64,000 bases of DNA from a virus, in IMG/VR virus record IMGVR_UViG_3300028027_000002, positions 47,871-111,870 of that record; one strand, written 5' to 3'. The notes under the pieces are model-generated. The model was not told where the DNA came from, made no database searches, and saw only the letters and a program-made list of their open reading frames with translations. Position 1 is the stretch's first letter. Every line of letters starts with the position of its first letter. A program made the position numbers and the translations under genes. Shown in pieces: positions 19,658 through 28,570 of this stretch.

Positions 19658-22600
19658 ATGAACTACGTCGGCTTACATGTCCACACCCATTTTAGTTTAT
19701 TTGATGGGATTGCTACTCCAGAAGAATACGTTGAACGTGCAGTTGAGTTAGGGATGCCAGCAATTGCCATCACTGACCACGGTACTTTATCTGGGCATAG
19801 GGAACTGCACCGTATTGCAAAAGCAAAGGGCATTAAGCCAATTCTAGGTCTAGAAGGATACATGTGTTCAGACATATCTGATAAAAGAGATAAGTCTGAA
19901 AGAGAAGGTCAACAAGATCTTGTCTACAATCACATTATCCTTCTAGCCAAGAATCAAATTGGTTTAGAAAACCTCAACAAGATTAGTGAACTATCTTGGA
20001 CAGATGGTTTCTTTAAAAAGCCACGATTTGACTTTACTATTTTAGAAAAATACAAAGAAGGAATCATTGTTTCCTCTGCTTGCCCAAGTAGCGTTTTAGT
20101 TAAAGCACTTGAAGAAGAAGAGTTTGCTCTTGCTAAGAAGTACATCTCTTGGTTTAAAGAGCGCTTTGCAGATGATTATTATATTGAGGTAATGCCTCAC
20201 AATGAAGCACACATTAACAAATATCTCATAGAACTTGCAGATGAGTTTGGCATTAAGGTTATTGTAACCCCAGACTGCCACCATGTTGATCCATCACAAA
20301 AAGAAATTCAAGAGTTTAAGTTGCTAATGAATACACATGGTAAGTTCGTAAAAGATGCAACATATGAAAAGTCAAAGAAAAAGGGCAGCATGATGGAGCG
20401 CCTTGACTATCTATATGGCGAAGATCGTCAGATGTCATTTAATAAATTTGACATCCATTTGCTATCTTATGAAGAGATTAAAGCAGCCATGGAAGCGCAG
20501 GGTATTGATCGACCAGACATTTACTCAAACACAATACTATTAGCAGAGACAGTAGGAGACTATGGCATTCAAGAAGGACTAAACCTTCTACCAGTACAGT
20601 ACAAGAGTCCTGACAAGGAACTTGCAAAGGTGGCATTAGAAGGTTTGGCAGAGCGAGGTTTGTCAGAGAATCAAGAGTACCTTGACAGACTTGAGGAAGA
20701 GTTGCAGATTATTAAGGACAAGAAGTTTGCTCCATACTTCCTGGTTGTAAGCAATATGATTAACTGGGCTAAGAAAGAAGAGATTATGGTAGGACCAGGT
20801 CGTGGTTCATCTGCTGGCTCTCTTGTTTGCTACGCATTAAAGATTACAGACATTGATCCTATCGAGCATAACCTCTTATTCTTCCGTTTTATTAATCCAG
20901 AGCGTAACGACTTCCCAGATATTGATACAGATATTCAGGACACTCGTCGTGAAGAGGTAAAGGATTATCTTGTTAGACAGTATCGGCATGTTGCATCTAT
21001 TGCTACCTTCCTTGAGTTCACAGGTAAGGGAATTGTTAGAGATGTTTCAAGAGTTCTAAATATTCCTTTGTCAGATGTAAACAAGGTTTTGAAAACTGTA
21101 GACTCATGGGATGATTTCTGTACATCAAAATCAACATACGAGTTTCGTGAGAAGTATCCAGAGGTAGAGGTTTACGGAGAACAACTTCGTGGTCGAATTC
21201 GTGGCACAGGTATTCACGCTGCTGGTGTTGTTACTGCAAAAGAACCAATCTTTAGGTATGCACCACTTGAAACAAGATCATCTACTGGGTCTGACGAAAG
21301 AATTCCAGTAGTTGGTGTTGACATGGAAGAGGCTGAAAGAATTGGTTTAATTAAGATTGATGCACTTGGTCTTAAGACTTTGTCTGTTCTTAAGAACACA
21401 ATTGATATTATTAAAGAGCGAGATGGCAAAAAGATTGATCTTCTTAAGATCAAGATGGACGATGCAAATGTATATCAGATGCTATCAGATGGATATACAA
21501 AGGGTGTATTTCAGTGTGAAGCAGCACCATATACAAACCTTCTTGTTAAGATGGGTGTAAAGAATCTAAATGAACTTGCAGCATCAAACGCACTTGTTCG
21601 TCCAGGTGCAATGAATACTATTGGAAAGGACTATGTTGATCGTAAACATGGTCGTCAGAATATTTCTTATACACACCAAGTACTAAAACAATTTACGGAG
21701 GACACTTATGGCTGTATTCTTTACCAGGAACAAGTTATGCAAGCATGCGTACACCTTGGCGGTATGTCCATGTCGGAAGCAGATAAAGTTAGAAAGATCA
21801 TTGGCAAGAAAAAAGATGCTAAAGAATTTGATCAGTTTAAAGAGAAGTTCGTAGAGGGTGCATCAAAGTTTATTTCGCCCAACCTTGCTCGTGATCTATG
21901 GCATGACTTTGAGGCTCACGCAGGGTACTCATTTAATAAGTCTCACGCAGTAGCATACTCAACGCTATCATATTGGACAGCATGGCTAAAGTATTACTAC
22001 CCACTTGAGTTTATGTACTCAGTGCTAAAGAACGAAAAGGATAAAGATGCGAGAACTGAATATCTTATTGAAGCAAAGAGAATGGGCATTAGCGTTAAGT
22101 TACCTCACATTAACGATTCGGATATCGATTTTAAAATTGAGGGTAAGGGTATTAGGTTTGGGCTCACTGCTATCAAGTTCATATCTGACAAAATTGCAGA
22201 AAGATATATTGCAGCACGACCATTTGGTTCGTACAAAGAACTTGAAGAGTTTACATTTACCAAAGGCAACGGAGTAAACAGTCGTGCACTTCAAGCACTT
22301 AGGGTAATCGGTGCAGCAACATTTAATGATAATCCTAGAAATGATCAGGAGATTAAAGAGAACCTGTATGAATACTTAAACCTTCCAGAGTTTAATATTA
22401 CAATACCTTCTCACTACTATGCCTTCATTCAGGATATTGTTGACTTTGAAGAAAAAGGGTCATACATTTTTATGGGTATGGTAAAATCAATTAAACGAGG
22501 AACAGGATGGTCACGAGTTGAAATTTTGGACAAAACTGGCAGTGTCGGTATATTTGATGATGAAAATACGACTATTGAGACAGGTCGTTCTTATCTGGTC

Positions 22601-22933
22601 TTGTGTAATGATAACAGGATTGTTTCTTTCATACCTTCAGATGAGATAAAAGAATCATCACACGCTCTTGTAAAGTTCTTAAGTTATAAGCAACTTCCAT
22701 ACAAGGATGATGAGATGTTTGTGGTTTCATTTAAGCCAAGAATTACAAAGACTGGAAAGAAGATGGCATCTCTTACTCTTGCAGATACAAGCAGGGACCT
22801 GCATTCAATTACAGTTTTCCCTACATCGTTTGCAAAAGCATACATGCATATCGAAGAAGGAAAATCTTATAAGTTTGATTTTGGCAAGACTAAAGACGGA
22901 ACAGTAACATTGGAGGATGTACATGTCAGTTAG
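19658..22933 (+). CDS. dnaE: DNA polymerase III alpha subunit
   Basis: PHP domain HVHTHFSLFDG, ITDHG; GRGSSAGSLV, PDIDTD, HAAGVV, KIDALGL, YSFNKSHA. Confidence 0.97.
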   Translation: MNYVGLHVHTHFSLFDGIATPEEYVERAVELGMPAIAITDHGTLSGHRELHRIAKAKGIKPILGLEGYMCSDISDKRDKSEREGQQDLVYNHIILLAKNQIGLENLNKISELSWTDGFFKKPRFDFTILEKYKEGIIVSSACPSSVLVKALEEEEFALAKKYISWFKERFADDYYIEVMPHNEAHINKYLIELADEFGIKVIVTPDCHHVDPSQKEIQEFKLLMNTHGKFVKDATYEKSKKKGSMMERLDYLYGEDRQMSFNKFDIHLLSYEEIKAAMEAQGIDRPDIYSNTILLAETVGDYGIQEGLNLLPVQYKSPDKELAKVALEGLAERGLSENQEYLDRLEEELQIIKDKKFAPYFLVVSNMINWAKKEEIMVGPGRGSSAGSLVCYALKITDIDPIEHNLLFFRFINPERNDFPDIDTDIQDTRREEVKDYLVRQYRHVASIATFLEFTGKGIVRDVSRVLNIPLSDVNKVLKTVDSWDDFCTSKSTYEFREKYPEVEVYGEQLRGRIRGTGIHAAGVVTAKEPIFRYAPLETRSSTGSDERIPVVGVDMEEAERIGLIKIDALGLKTLSVLKNTIDIIKERDGKKIDLLKIKMDDANVYQMLSDGYTKGVFQCEAAPYTNLLVKMGVKNLNELAASNALVRPGAMNTIGKDYVDRKHGRQNISYTHQVLKQFTEDTYGCILYQEQVMQACVHLGGMSMSEADKVRKIIGKKKDAKEFDQFKEKFVEGASKFISPNLARDLWHDFEAHAGYSFNKSHAVAYSTLSYWTAWLKYYYPLEFMYSVLKNEKDKDARTEYLIEAKRMGISVKLPHINDSDIDFKIEGKGIRFGLTAIKFISDKIAERYIAARPFGSYKELEEFTFTKGNGVNSRALQALRVIGAATFNDNPRNDQEIKENLYEYLNLPEFNITIPSHYYAFIQDIVDFEEKGSYIFMGMVKSIKRGTGWSRVEILDKTGSVGIFDDENTTIETGRSYLVLCNDNRIVSFIPSDEIKESSHALVKFLSYKQLPYKDDEMFVVSFKPRITKTGKKMASLTLADTSRDLHSITVFPTSFAKAYMHIEEGKSYKFDFGKTKDGTVTLEDVHVS

Positions 22934-23933
22934 TATAGAAGAAGCGTTAGCACAACTTGATCCTAAGTTGAGAAAGAGATTAGGTAGCGGAGTAGGGGTT
23001 AACTATGAATATCAGCCTACACCTAGTTTTGGTTTAAACCGTGCTTTAGGAGGAGGACTGCCTTATGGTAGACAAGTTCTTATCTGGGGCTCTAAGTCTT
23101 CTGCAAAGTCCTCTATGTGCCTTCAGATGATTGCTCTAGCACAAGCAGAGGGAAAGTTGTGTGCTTGGATTGACTCAGAGATGTCCTACTCAGAAGACTG
23201 GGCTAGAACACTTGGGGTAGATCCAGAAAAACTAATCTATTCACAAGCAAGAACTATTAGCGATATGGTGGATGTAGGTGTTGGATTAATGAATGCAGGA
23301 GTTGATTTAATTGTGGTAGACTCTATTACATCGATGCTTCCTGCAATTTATTTTGAAAAGGATACAGATGAGATGAAGGCTTTGGAAAACACAAAGCAGA
23401 TTGGAGCAGAATCCCGTGACTTTAGTAACGCATGGAAAATGCTTAACTATGCAAACAATAAAGTTAAGCCAACTTTGCTTGTTCTTATTTCTCAGTCTCG
23501 TAATAATATTAATGCTATGTATACTAGCCAGCAGCCTTCTGGTGGTCAGGCTACTAAGTTTTATTCCTCATGTATTATTAAACTCTTTTCTTCAGAGTCA
23601 GACAATCAAGCGATTAAGGGCAAGATTAAGGTAGGAGATAAATTAATTGAAGAAAAAATTGGTAGGACTATTAAGTGGGAACTCCAGTTCTCCAAAACCT
23701 CTCCAGGGTTCCAGTCTGGTGAGTACGATTTTTATTTTAGAGGTGACGATATTGGTCTTGATACCATTGGTGATCTGGTTACTACCGCAGAACTAAATGG
23801 TATTGTAGAGCGCACAGGAGCATGGTATATACTTCCTGACGGATCAAAAGTGCAGGGCAAAGAAGCATTTGTTAATCGTGTAAGGGAGGATCTTGATTTG
23901 CAAGAATCAATCAAGGCTAAACTAAATGCCTAG
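22923..23933 (+). CDS. recA: RecA-like recombinase
   Basis: GGGLPYGR, WIDSE, LIVVDS, LISQSR, SGGQATKFY, GAWY, QGKE. Confidence 0.92.
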   Translation: MSVSIEEALAQLDPKLRKRLGSGVGVNYEYQPTPSFGLNRALGGGLPYGRQVLIWGSKSSAKSSMCLQMIALAQAEGKLCAWIDSEMSYSEDWARTLGVDPEKLIYSQARTISDMVDVGVGLMNAGVDLIVVDSITSMLPAIYFEKDTDEMKALENTKQIGAESRDFSNAWKMLNYANNKVKPTLLVLISQSRNNINAMYTSQQPSGGQATKFYSSCIIKLFSSESDNQAIKGKIKVGDKLIEEKIGRTIKWELQFSKTSPGFQSGEYDFYFRGDDIGLDTIGDLVTTAELNGIVERTGAWYILPDGSKVQGKEAFVNRVREDLDLQESIKAKLNA

Positions 23934-24102
23934 TTATACAGTCTATAATGGAAAGTTTGTTTGTCATGAATGCAAAGCAGAAGTTAAATCTCTTAGGCTT
24001 TATGCTGAGACAAAGACAATGACCTGGATGTGTCCAGCAAAACATCTAAGCACTGTCAAGTTTGGTAAGCAGAAATATAAAGGCAATGACAGAGAAAAGT
24101 GA
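23926..24102 (+). CDS. Small zinc-binding protein (not in ORF track)
   Basis: MPSYTVYNGKFVCHEC...WMCPAKH, 58 aa, fills the gap between recA and the next gene. Confidence 0.6.
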   Translation: MPSYTVYNGKFVCHECKAEVKSLRLYAETKTMTWMCPAKHLSTVKFGKQKYKGNDREK

Positions 24103-24367
24103 GTCTAAGAGAATAGGTGCCAAGCAGCACAAAAACTCTGGTCGTAATACTCAAAAAGGAGATGCCTCCTGGAAAAACTTTGTCGTAGATTTTAAAGAAG
24201 TTGGAAAGTCTTTTACTTTAAATAAAGAGGTTTGGGCAAAGGCTACTACTGATGCCATGAAGAATGGCAAAGACCCTGCCATAGTTGTCGTGATGGGCGA
24301 GGGTAACTCCAAAGTAAGACTTGCTATAATTGAGATGAGTATATTAGAAGATCTAGTGGAGGAATAA
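24086..24367 (+). CDS. PD-(D/E)XK nuclease, Holliday junction resolvase-like
   Basis: E...SGR...KGD...VDFKE pattern. Confidence 0.6.
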   Translation: MTEKSESKRIGAKQHKNSGRNTQKGDASWKNFVVDFKEVGKSFTLNKEVWAKATTDAMKNGKDPAIVVVMGEGNSKVRLAIIEMSILEDLVEE

Positions 24368-24672
24368 TGGAACAACAAGGAACAACGATAGATATGGTGA
24401 ATGGTTTGGCAGAGATTGCAGACTATATGCAAGACGAAGAACTTACAGTTGCACTTACAATGATTGCTAAACTAATTATAAAGCCAGACATCCCAATCAA
24501 TGTTGCTCACGTAGAGATTGTAAGACTACAAGCAATCGCTGCTAAGATGGCTTTCAAGGCAACCTGGATGGCCAATGTTGACAAGTCGGATCGTGGAAAG
24601 AAGAATCTTTATTACACGGCAGCAGAGTCGTTAAACAATTTAGTATCTGCGCTAAAGTATATTACACGGTAA
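24367..24672 (+). CDS. Hypothetical protein
   Basis: Coupled ORF with GGAGG RBS. Confidence 0.55.
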   Translation: MEQQGTTIDMVNGLAEIADYMQDEELTVALTMIAKLIIKPDIPINVAHVEIVRLQAIAAKMAFKATWMANVDKSDRGKKNLYYTAAESLNNLVSALKYITR

Positions 24673-24707
24673 TATGCTATACTTATACTAATAGAAACGA
24701 GCAAAAT

Positions 24708-25508
24708 ATGACAAAAAGTTTATTACAACAAATTATGGTTAAGCAGGAAAAGCCACCAGTACACTCAATAGATGTTGCTGGTTTGACTGAAAAAATTCAG
24801 TCTGGATATACTGTTAATCGTATTGAAAAACAAACACAGAAGAAAACCTTTGCGCCATCTACTATTGCCTATGGTCATGGAGAATGTCCAAGATATTGGT
24901 ACTTAGCGTTTGACGGGCAGATGTTTGAGGATGATGCAACTCCATATAGTGCAGCAAATATGACAGCAGGAACTAAGTCTCATGAAAGAATTCAGGAAGC
25001 AATGGGAAATGTTCCAGACTTCCTTGTTGATTCAGAATTTAAAATAACAAATAACGATCCGCCAATCTTTGGTTATGGAGATGTTATTGTTAACTGGCAA
25101 GGAGAAGAACTTCTTGGTGAAATTAAAACAATGATGAATGAAGGTTTTGAGTACCGCAAGGCTCACATGAAACCAAAGACTGGTCACCTAGTCCAGTTAC
25201 TTATCTACATGAAGATTCTAAAGAAGCCTAAAGCAGTTCTTATTTATGAAAATAAAAACAATCATGAGTTGCTTATCCTTCCAGTAGAAGTAAATGATTA
25301 TTATCGTCGGTGGGTAGACCAGACGTTTGAATGGATGAGATCAGTTCGTAAGGCTTGGGTCGACAGAACCCTGCCTGAAAAGAATTATCGCTCAAATTCA
25401 AAAATTTGCAAATCATGTCCTATTAAAAAGGCTTGTGCAGATGCTGGCAAGGGAGACTTTAAACTAAAGTCCTTGGAGCCTATAGATGAAGCATTGTCAA
25501 TGGTGTGA
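24708..25508 (+). CDS. Cas4-like / RecB-family exonuclease
   Basis: ECPRYWY, GTKSHERIQ, GYGD, GEIKT, QLLIY, C-terminal CKSCPIKKAC (Fe-S cysteines). Confidence 0.82.
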   Translation: MTKSLLQQIMVKQEKPPVHSIDVAGLTEKIQSGYTVNRIEKQTQKKTFAPSTIAYGHGECPRYWYLAFDGQMFEDDATPYSAANMTAGTKSHERIQEAMGNVPDFLVDSEFKITNNDPPIFGYGDVIVNWQGEELLGEIKTMMNEGFEYRKAHMKPKTGHLVQLLIYMKILKKPKAVLIYENKNNHELLILPVEVNDYYRRWVDQTFEWMRSVRKAWVDRTLPEKNYRSNSKICKSCPIKKACADAGKGDFKLKSLEPIDEALSMV

Positions 25509-25761
25509 TAAACAATTTAAAACAGATATAACATATCAAATATATTGTTCACCAGAGTGTAGAGACATGTCAACAAAAGAAAAAATTGCTGCAAGGTATA
25601 TGATTTCTAGAAGACAAAAAAGAAAAGGCAGGGAAAGAAATTGTAAGTCATGCAAAGAGCCTTTGTCAATATATAATGATGAAAGTCTTTGTGTAAAATG
25701 CAATGTCAATCCTTCCGATGTAGCAAAAGCATTAAAAGAAATTAAGGATAACTTAAAATGA
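25486..25761 (+). CDS. Cys-rich zinc-binding protein
   Basis: CQWC, YCSPEC, CKSC, CVKC. Confidence 0.6.
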   Translation: MKHCQWCDKQFKTDITYQIYCSPECRDMSTKEKIAARYMISRRQKRKGRERNCKSCKEPLSIYNDESLCVKCNVNPSDVAKALKEIKDNLK

Positions 25762-26354
25762 AATTAGCAGAGGCAATAGGAACTAAACTTCCAAAAACTA
25801 TTTGTGCTATAGACGCAAGCACGAATAGCCTTGCCTTTGCTATTTTCGATACTCAACAAAAAACTTTAGAGTCAGTAGGAAAGATTACTTTTAAAGGCAA
25901 GAACACTTACGAAAAGGTTATGGATGCAGGACAAAAGGTTAAACTATTCCTTGATATGTATGGTGGATTTGAGGCAATTGTAATTGAGCATACTGTATTT
26001 ATGAATAGCCCTAAGACTGCTGCAGACCTTGCACTAGTTCAGGGTGCAATTCTTGGATCAGCAGGTCAGTCTGGAACCAAGACTATTGGCAAGGTCGCAC
26101 CTATTACTTGGCAAAACTTTATTGGCAATAAGAAAATATCTAAAGATGAAAAACTATTTATTAAATCACAAAATCCAGGGAAATCAGAGTCATGGCTTAA
26201 ATCTTATGAGAGAGACCTAAGAAAACAAAGGACTATCAACTTTATTAACATTAACTACGACAGATCAATCACTGACAATGATGTAGCAGATGCCTGTGGA
26301 ATAGGCCATTGGGCATTAAAAAACTGGAACAAGGCAATAGGAGAGGACATATAA
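25758..26354 (+). CDS. ruvC: RuvC-like Holliday junction resolvase
   Basis: AIDAST, IVIEH, LALVQGA, DNDVADACGI catalytic acidic motifs. Confidence 0.8.
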   Translation: MKLAEAIGTKLPKTICAIDASTNSLAFAIFDTQQKTLESVGKITFKGKNTYEKVMDAGQKVKLFLDMYGGFEAIVIEHTVFMNSPKTAADLALVQGAILGSAGQSGTKTIGKVAPITWQNFIGNKKISKDEKLFIKSQNPGKSESWLKSYERDLRKQRTINFININYDRSITDNDVADACGIGHWALKNWNKAIGEDI

Positions 26355-26998
26355 TGCCAGAGTTAAATGCAAACATTCCACCAATACACTGTTATGTAAG
26401 AGGAAACTACTTAAGAAACCATCAAGATAGCCACGATAAATATTTTGAATGTGTGGTATTTGGTGTTTCAAGTTTAAAGTCTAGAAGCCCTTTGTTTCAT
26501 ATCCTGATGCCAGATGGTGGACTTTGGTGGAGACTTCCAATTTCTGCATTCTGTACTGAGCCAGGCATACCTGAAGTAGATCTTCACAATTTAGTTTTGT
26601 GGAACTCGTTTAGCCACCATGTGTCCGTAACTCAGTTTGAAAACTTAACAAACCTTAGAATGTCTTACATAGATAGAACAAAGACAATGCATAAGGGCAC
26701 CTACCTGTTTACACTAGACTGGCACAACCCAGATACAAATGTTTTGGATGATGGGTATTCAGAGAGTCCAGCAGACCATAAGTGTGGTCATGTTATACAA
26801 AGAGATGACGGAAACTTTGCTATTCAGCCTAACAATAGGGTTAGGGTATACGAGCCATCCTTTACTCTTGAAAAAGAGTATTTGATTGATAGAATTATTA
26901 ATGAAAGAAAATATGATGTTGAAAATCAAGACAAGTGGATCATGGAAAACTCTGATAGGTTTAACTATGATATTAGCGAGAAAGAAGTTGACAATTAA
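26354..26998 (+). CDS. Hypothetical phage protein
   Basis: ATG 26354 with GAGG RBS; YLFTLDW...HKCGH...QPNNRV. Confidence 0.6.
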   Translation: MPELNANIPPIHCYVRGNYLRNHQDSHDKYFECVVFGVSSLKSRSPLFHILMPDGGLWWRLPISAFCTEPGIPEVDLHNLVLWNSFSHHVSVTQFENLTNLRMSYIDRTKTMHKGTYLFTLDWHNPDTNVLDDGYSESPADHKCGHVIQRDDGNFAIQPNNRVRVYEPSFTLEKEYLIDRIINERKYDVENQDKWIMENSDRFNYDISEKEVDN

Positions 26999-27002
26999 TA
27001 CC

Positions 27003-27158
27003 ATGGGTAGTAGAATGTATACATCAGAAGTTTTTATGCGTAAGAGATATCTTGTGGATAAAAAAACACCAGAAGACATTGCAAAGGAATGCGGTTGCTC
27101 ATTGGAGACCGTCTATGTCTACCTTGCTAAATTTGGATTAAGGAAGTCAAAGCGATGA
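27003..27158 (+). CDS. Small HTH protein
   Basis: TPEDIAKECGCSLETVYVYLAKFG helix-turn-helix. Confidence 0.65.
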   Translation: MGSRMYTSEVFMRKRYLVDKKTPEDIAKECGCSLETVYVYLAKFGLRKSKR

Positions 27159-27277
27159 AAAAGATTAAATATGTTTTGTTTATACTGTCACTTGTTGCAG
27201 CGGTTGGTATCTCATATGCAACTTTGACACTAAAGGGAATGCCAGATACTTTTGAAATGGAGGACGATGATGAGTGA
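27155..27277 (+). CDS. Small membrane protein (not in ORF track)
   Basis: MKKIKYVLFILSLVAAVGISYATL..., ATGA overlap with upstream gene. Confidence 0.5.
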   Translation: MKKIKYVLFILSLVAAVGISYATLTLKGMPDTFEMEDDDE

Positions 27278-27512
27278 AAGTCTAAATATCACAGTTGATC
27301 AAGTAAACAATCCACTACACTACACTTCAGATCCATCTGGCATTGAGTGCATAGAGATTACTAGACACCGTAATTTTAATATTGGGAATGCTTTTAAGTA
27401 CCTTTGGAGAGCAGGCCTCAAAGATGAAGAGAAAACTATTCAAGATTTAGAAAAAGCAATCTTTTATATCAAGGATGAAATCAATAGGTTAGAAGGTAAG
27501 TATGTCAACTGA
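27270..27512 (+). CDS. DUF3310 (T7 gp1.7/SaV-like) protein
   Basis: VNNPLHY...IECIE...GNAFKYLWRAGLK...DLEKAIFY. Confidence 0.85.
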   Translation: MSESLNITVDQVNNPLHYTSDPSGIECIEITRHRNFNIGNAFKYLWRAGLKDEEKTIQDLEKAIFYIKDEINRLEGKYVN

Positions 27513-28044
27513 AGATGATTTAGTCAAGCACCTTGATCAAGTGAATCAGGTAGTAGAAGAATACCTAAAGGGCAATGACCCAACAGTTATTTCTAAGCAA
27601 CTTGCAATACCACGACAAAAGGTTGTCACACTTATTAATGAGTGGAAAGTTATGGCATCTGCTAACGATGCTATTCGTGCTCGTGCTAAAGAAGCCCTTG
27701 CTGCTGCAGACACACACTACAGCAAGTTAGTATCTCGCACATACGAAGTTATTGATGAGGCATCAATGACAAACAATCTTAGTGCTAAGACTGCAGCAAT
27801 TAAACTTGTGATGGATATAGAATCTAAAAGAATTGACATGCTTCAAAAGGCTGGGCTTCTTGAGAACAAAGAACTTGCAGAAGAGATGATTGAGATTGAG
27901 AGAAGACAGGAAGTTCTTGTCGGAATATTAAAAGACATAGCATCTGAACACCCACAAATAAGAGATCTAGTAATGCACAGACTTTCTTCTATTGCAAAAG
28001 AAGGTCAGGTAGTAACTATAGTTTCTGAGGTCCACAATGAGTAG
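27502..28044 (+). CDS. Putative terminase small subunit
   Basis: N-terminal HTH, helical body, located upstream of terL. Confidence 0.55.
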   Translation: MSTEDDLVKHLDQVNQVVEEYLKGNDPTVISKQLAIPRQKVVTLINEWKVMASANDAIRARAKEALAAADTHYSKLVSRTYEVIDEASMTNNLSAKTAAIKLVMDIESKRIDMLQKAGLLENKELAEEMIEIERRQEVLVGILKDIASEHPQIRDLVMHRLSSIAKEGQVVTIVSEVHNE

Positions 28045-28570
28045 TTTAAACCAAATATCTATAATAGAGTTTAAAGATATAGGTTTAGAGTATGTTTTAG
28101 AACACTGCAATGATGAATCTTGGAAAGATGGTGGCGTTGCAAAATCTAGATATTCTGCAGAAAAAGGTGCTGCTATAAATAAAAGTATTAGAGATGTAAG
28201 AGTTGCTGACATGCCAAACTCATTTTACAAGCATTTAGATTCAGTAATCGAACCACATATAAAAAAATATGCTCAAGATAATAGGATAGACATATCAAAA
28301 AATACTGCGTACATAGTTACAAGATACAACGAAGGTCAGTTTTTTGTTGAGCACACAGATTCAACAGAAGAGTTCCCAAGAAAAGTTTCTGCAATCCTCT
28401 ACTTAAACGATAATTATGATGGTGGAACACTAACATTTACAAAATTTAATAAATCATTTAAGCCTAAAGCAGGCAGTCTTTTTATTTTTCCATCTCACGA
28501 AGAGTTTTCCCACTCCGCTGATCCAGTTACGAATGGAACTAAATATGTTATAGTTGGGTTTTGGGAATAA
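28037..28570 (+). CDS. 2OG-Fe(II) oxygenase (prolyl-4-hydroxylase-like)
   Basis: HTD...SAILYLNDNYDGGTL...H...GTKY. Confidence 0.88.
   Translation: MSSLNQISIIEFKDIGLEYVLEHCNDESWKDGGVAKSRYSAEKGAAINKSIRDVRVADMPNSFYKHLDSVIEPHIKKYAQDNRIDISKNTAYIVTRYNEGQFFVEHTDSTEEFPRKVSAILYLNDNYDGGTLTFTKFNKSFKPKAGSLFIFPSHEEFSHSADPVTNGTKYVIVGFWE

Noticed and set aside
24708-25508. Cas4 as evidence of a CRISPR-Cas system
   Set aside because: Solo Cas4-like exonuclease inside a recombination operon; no other cas genes and no array in the window
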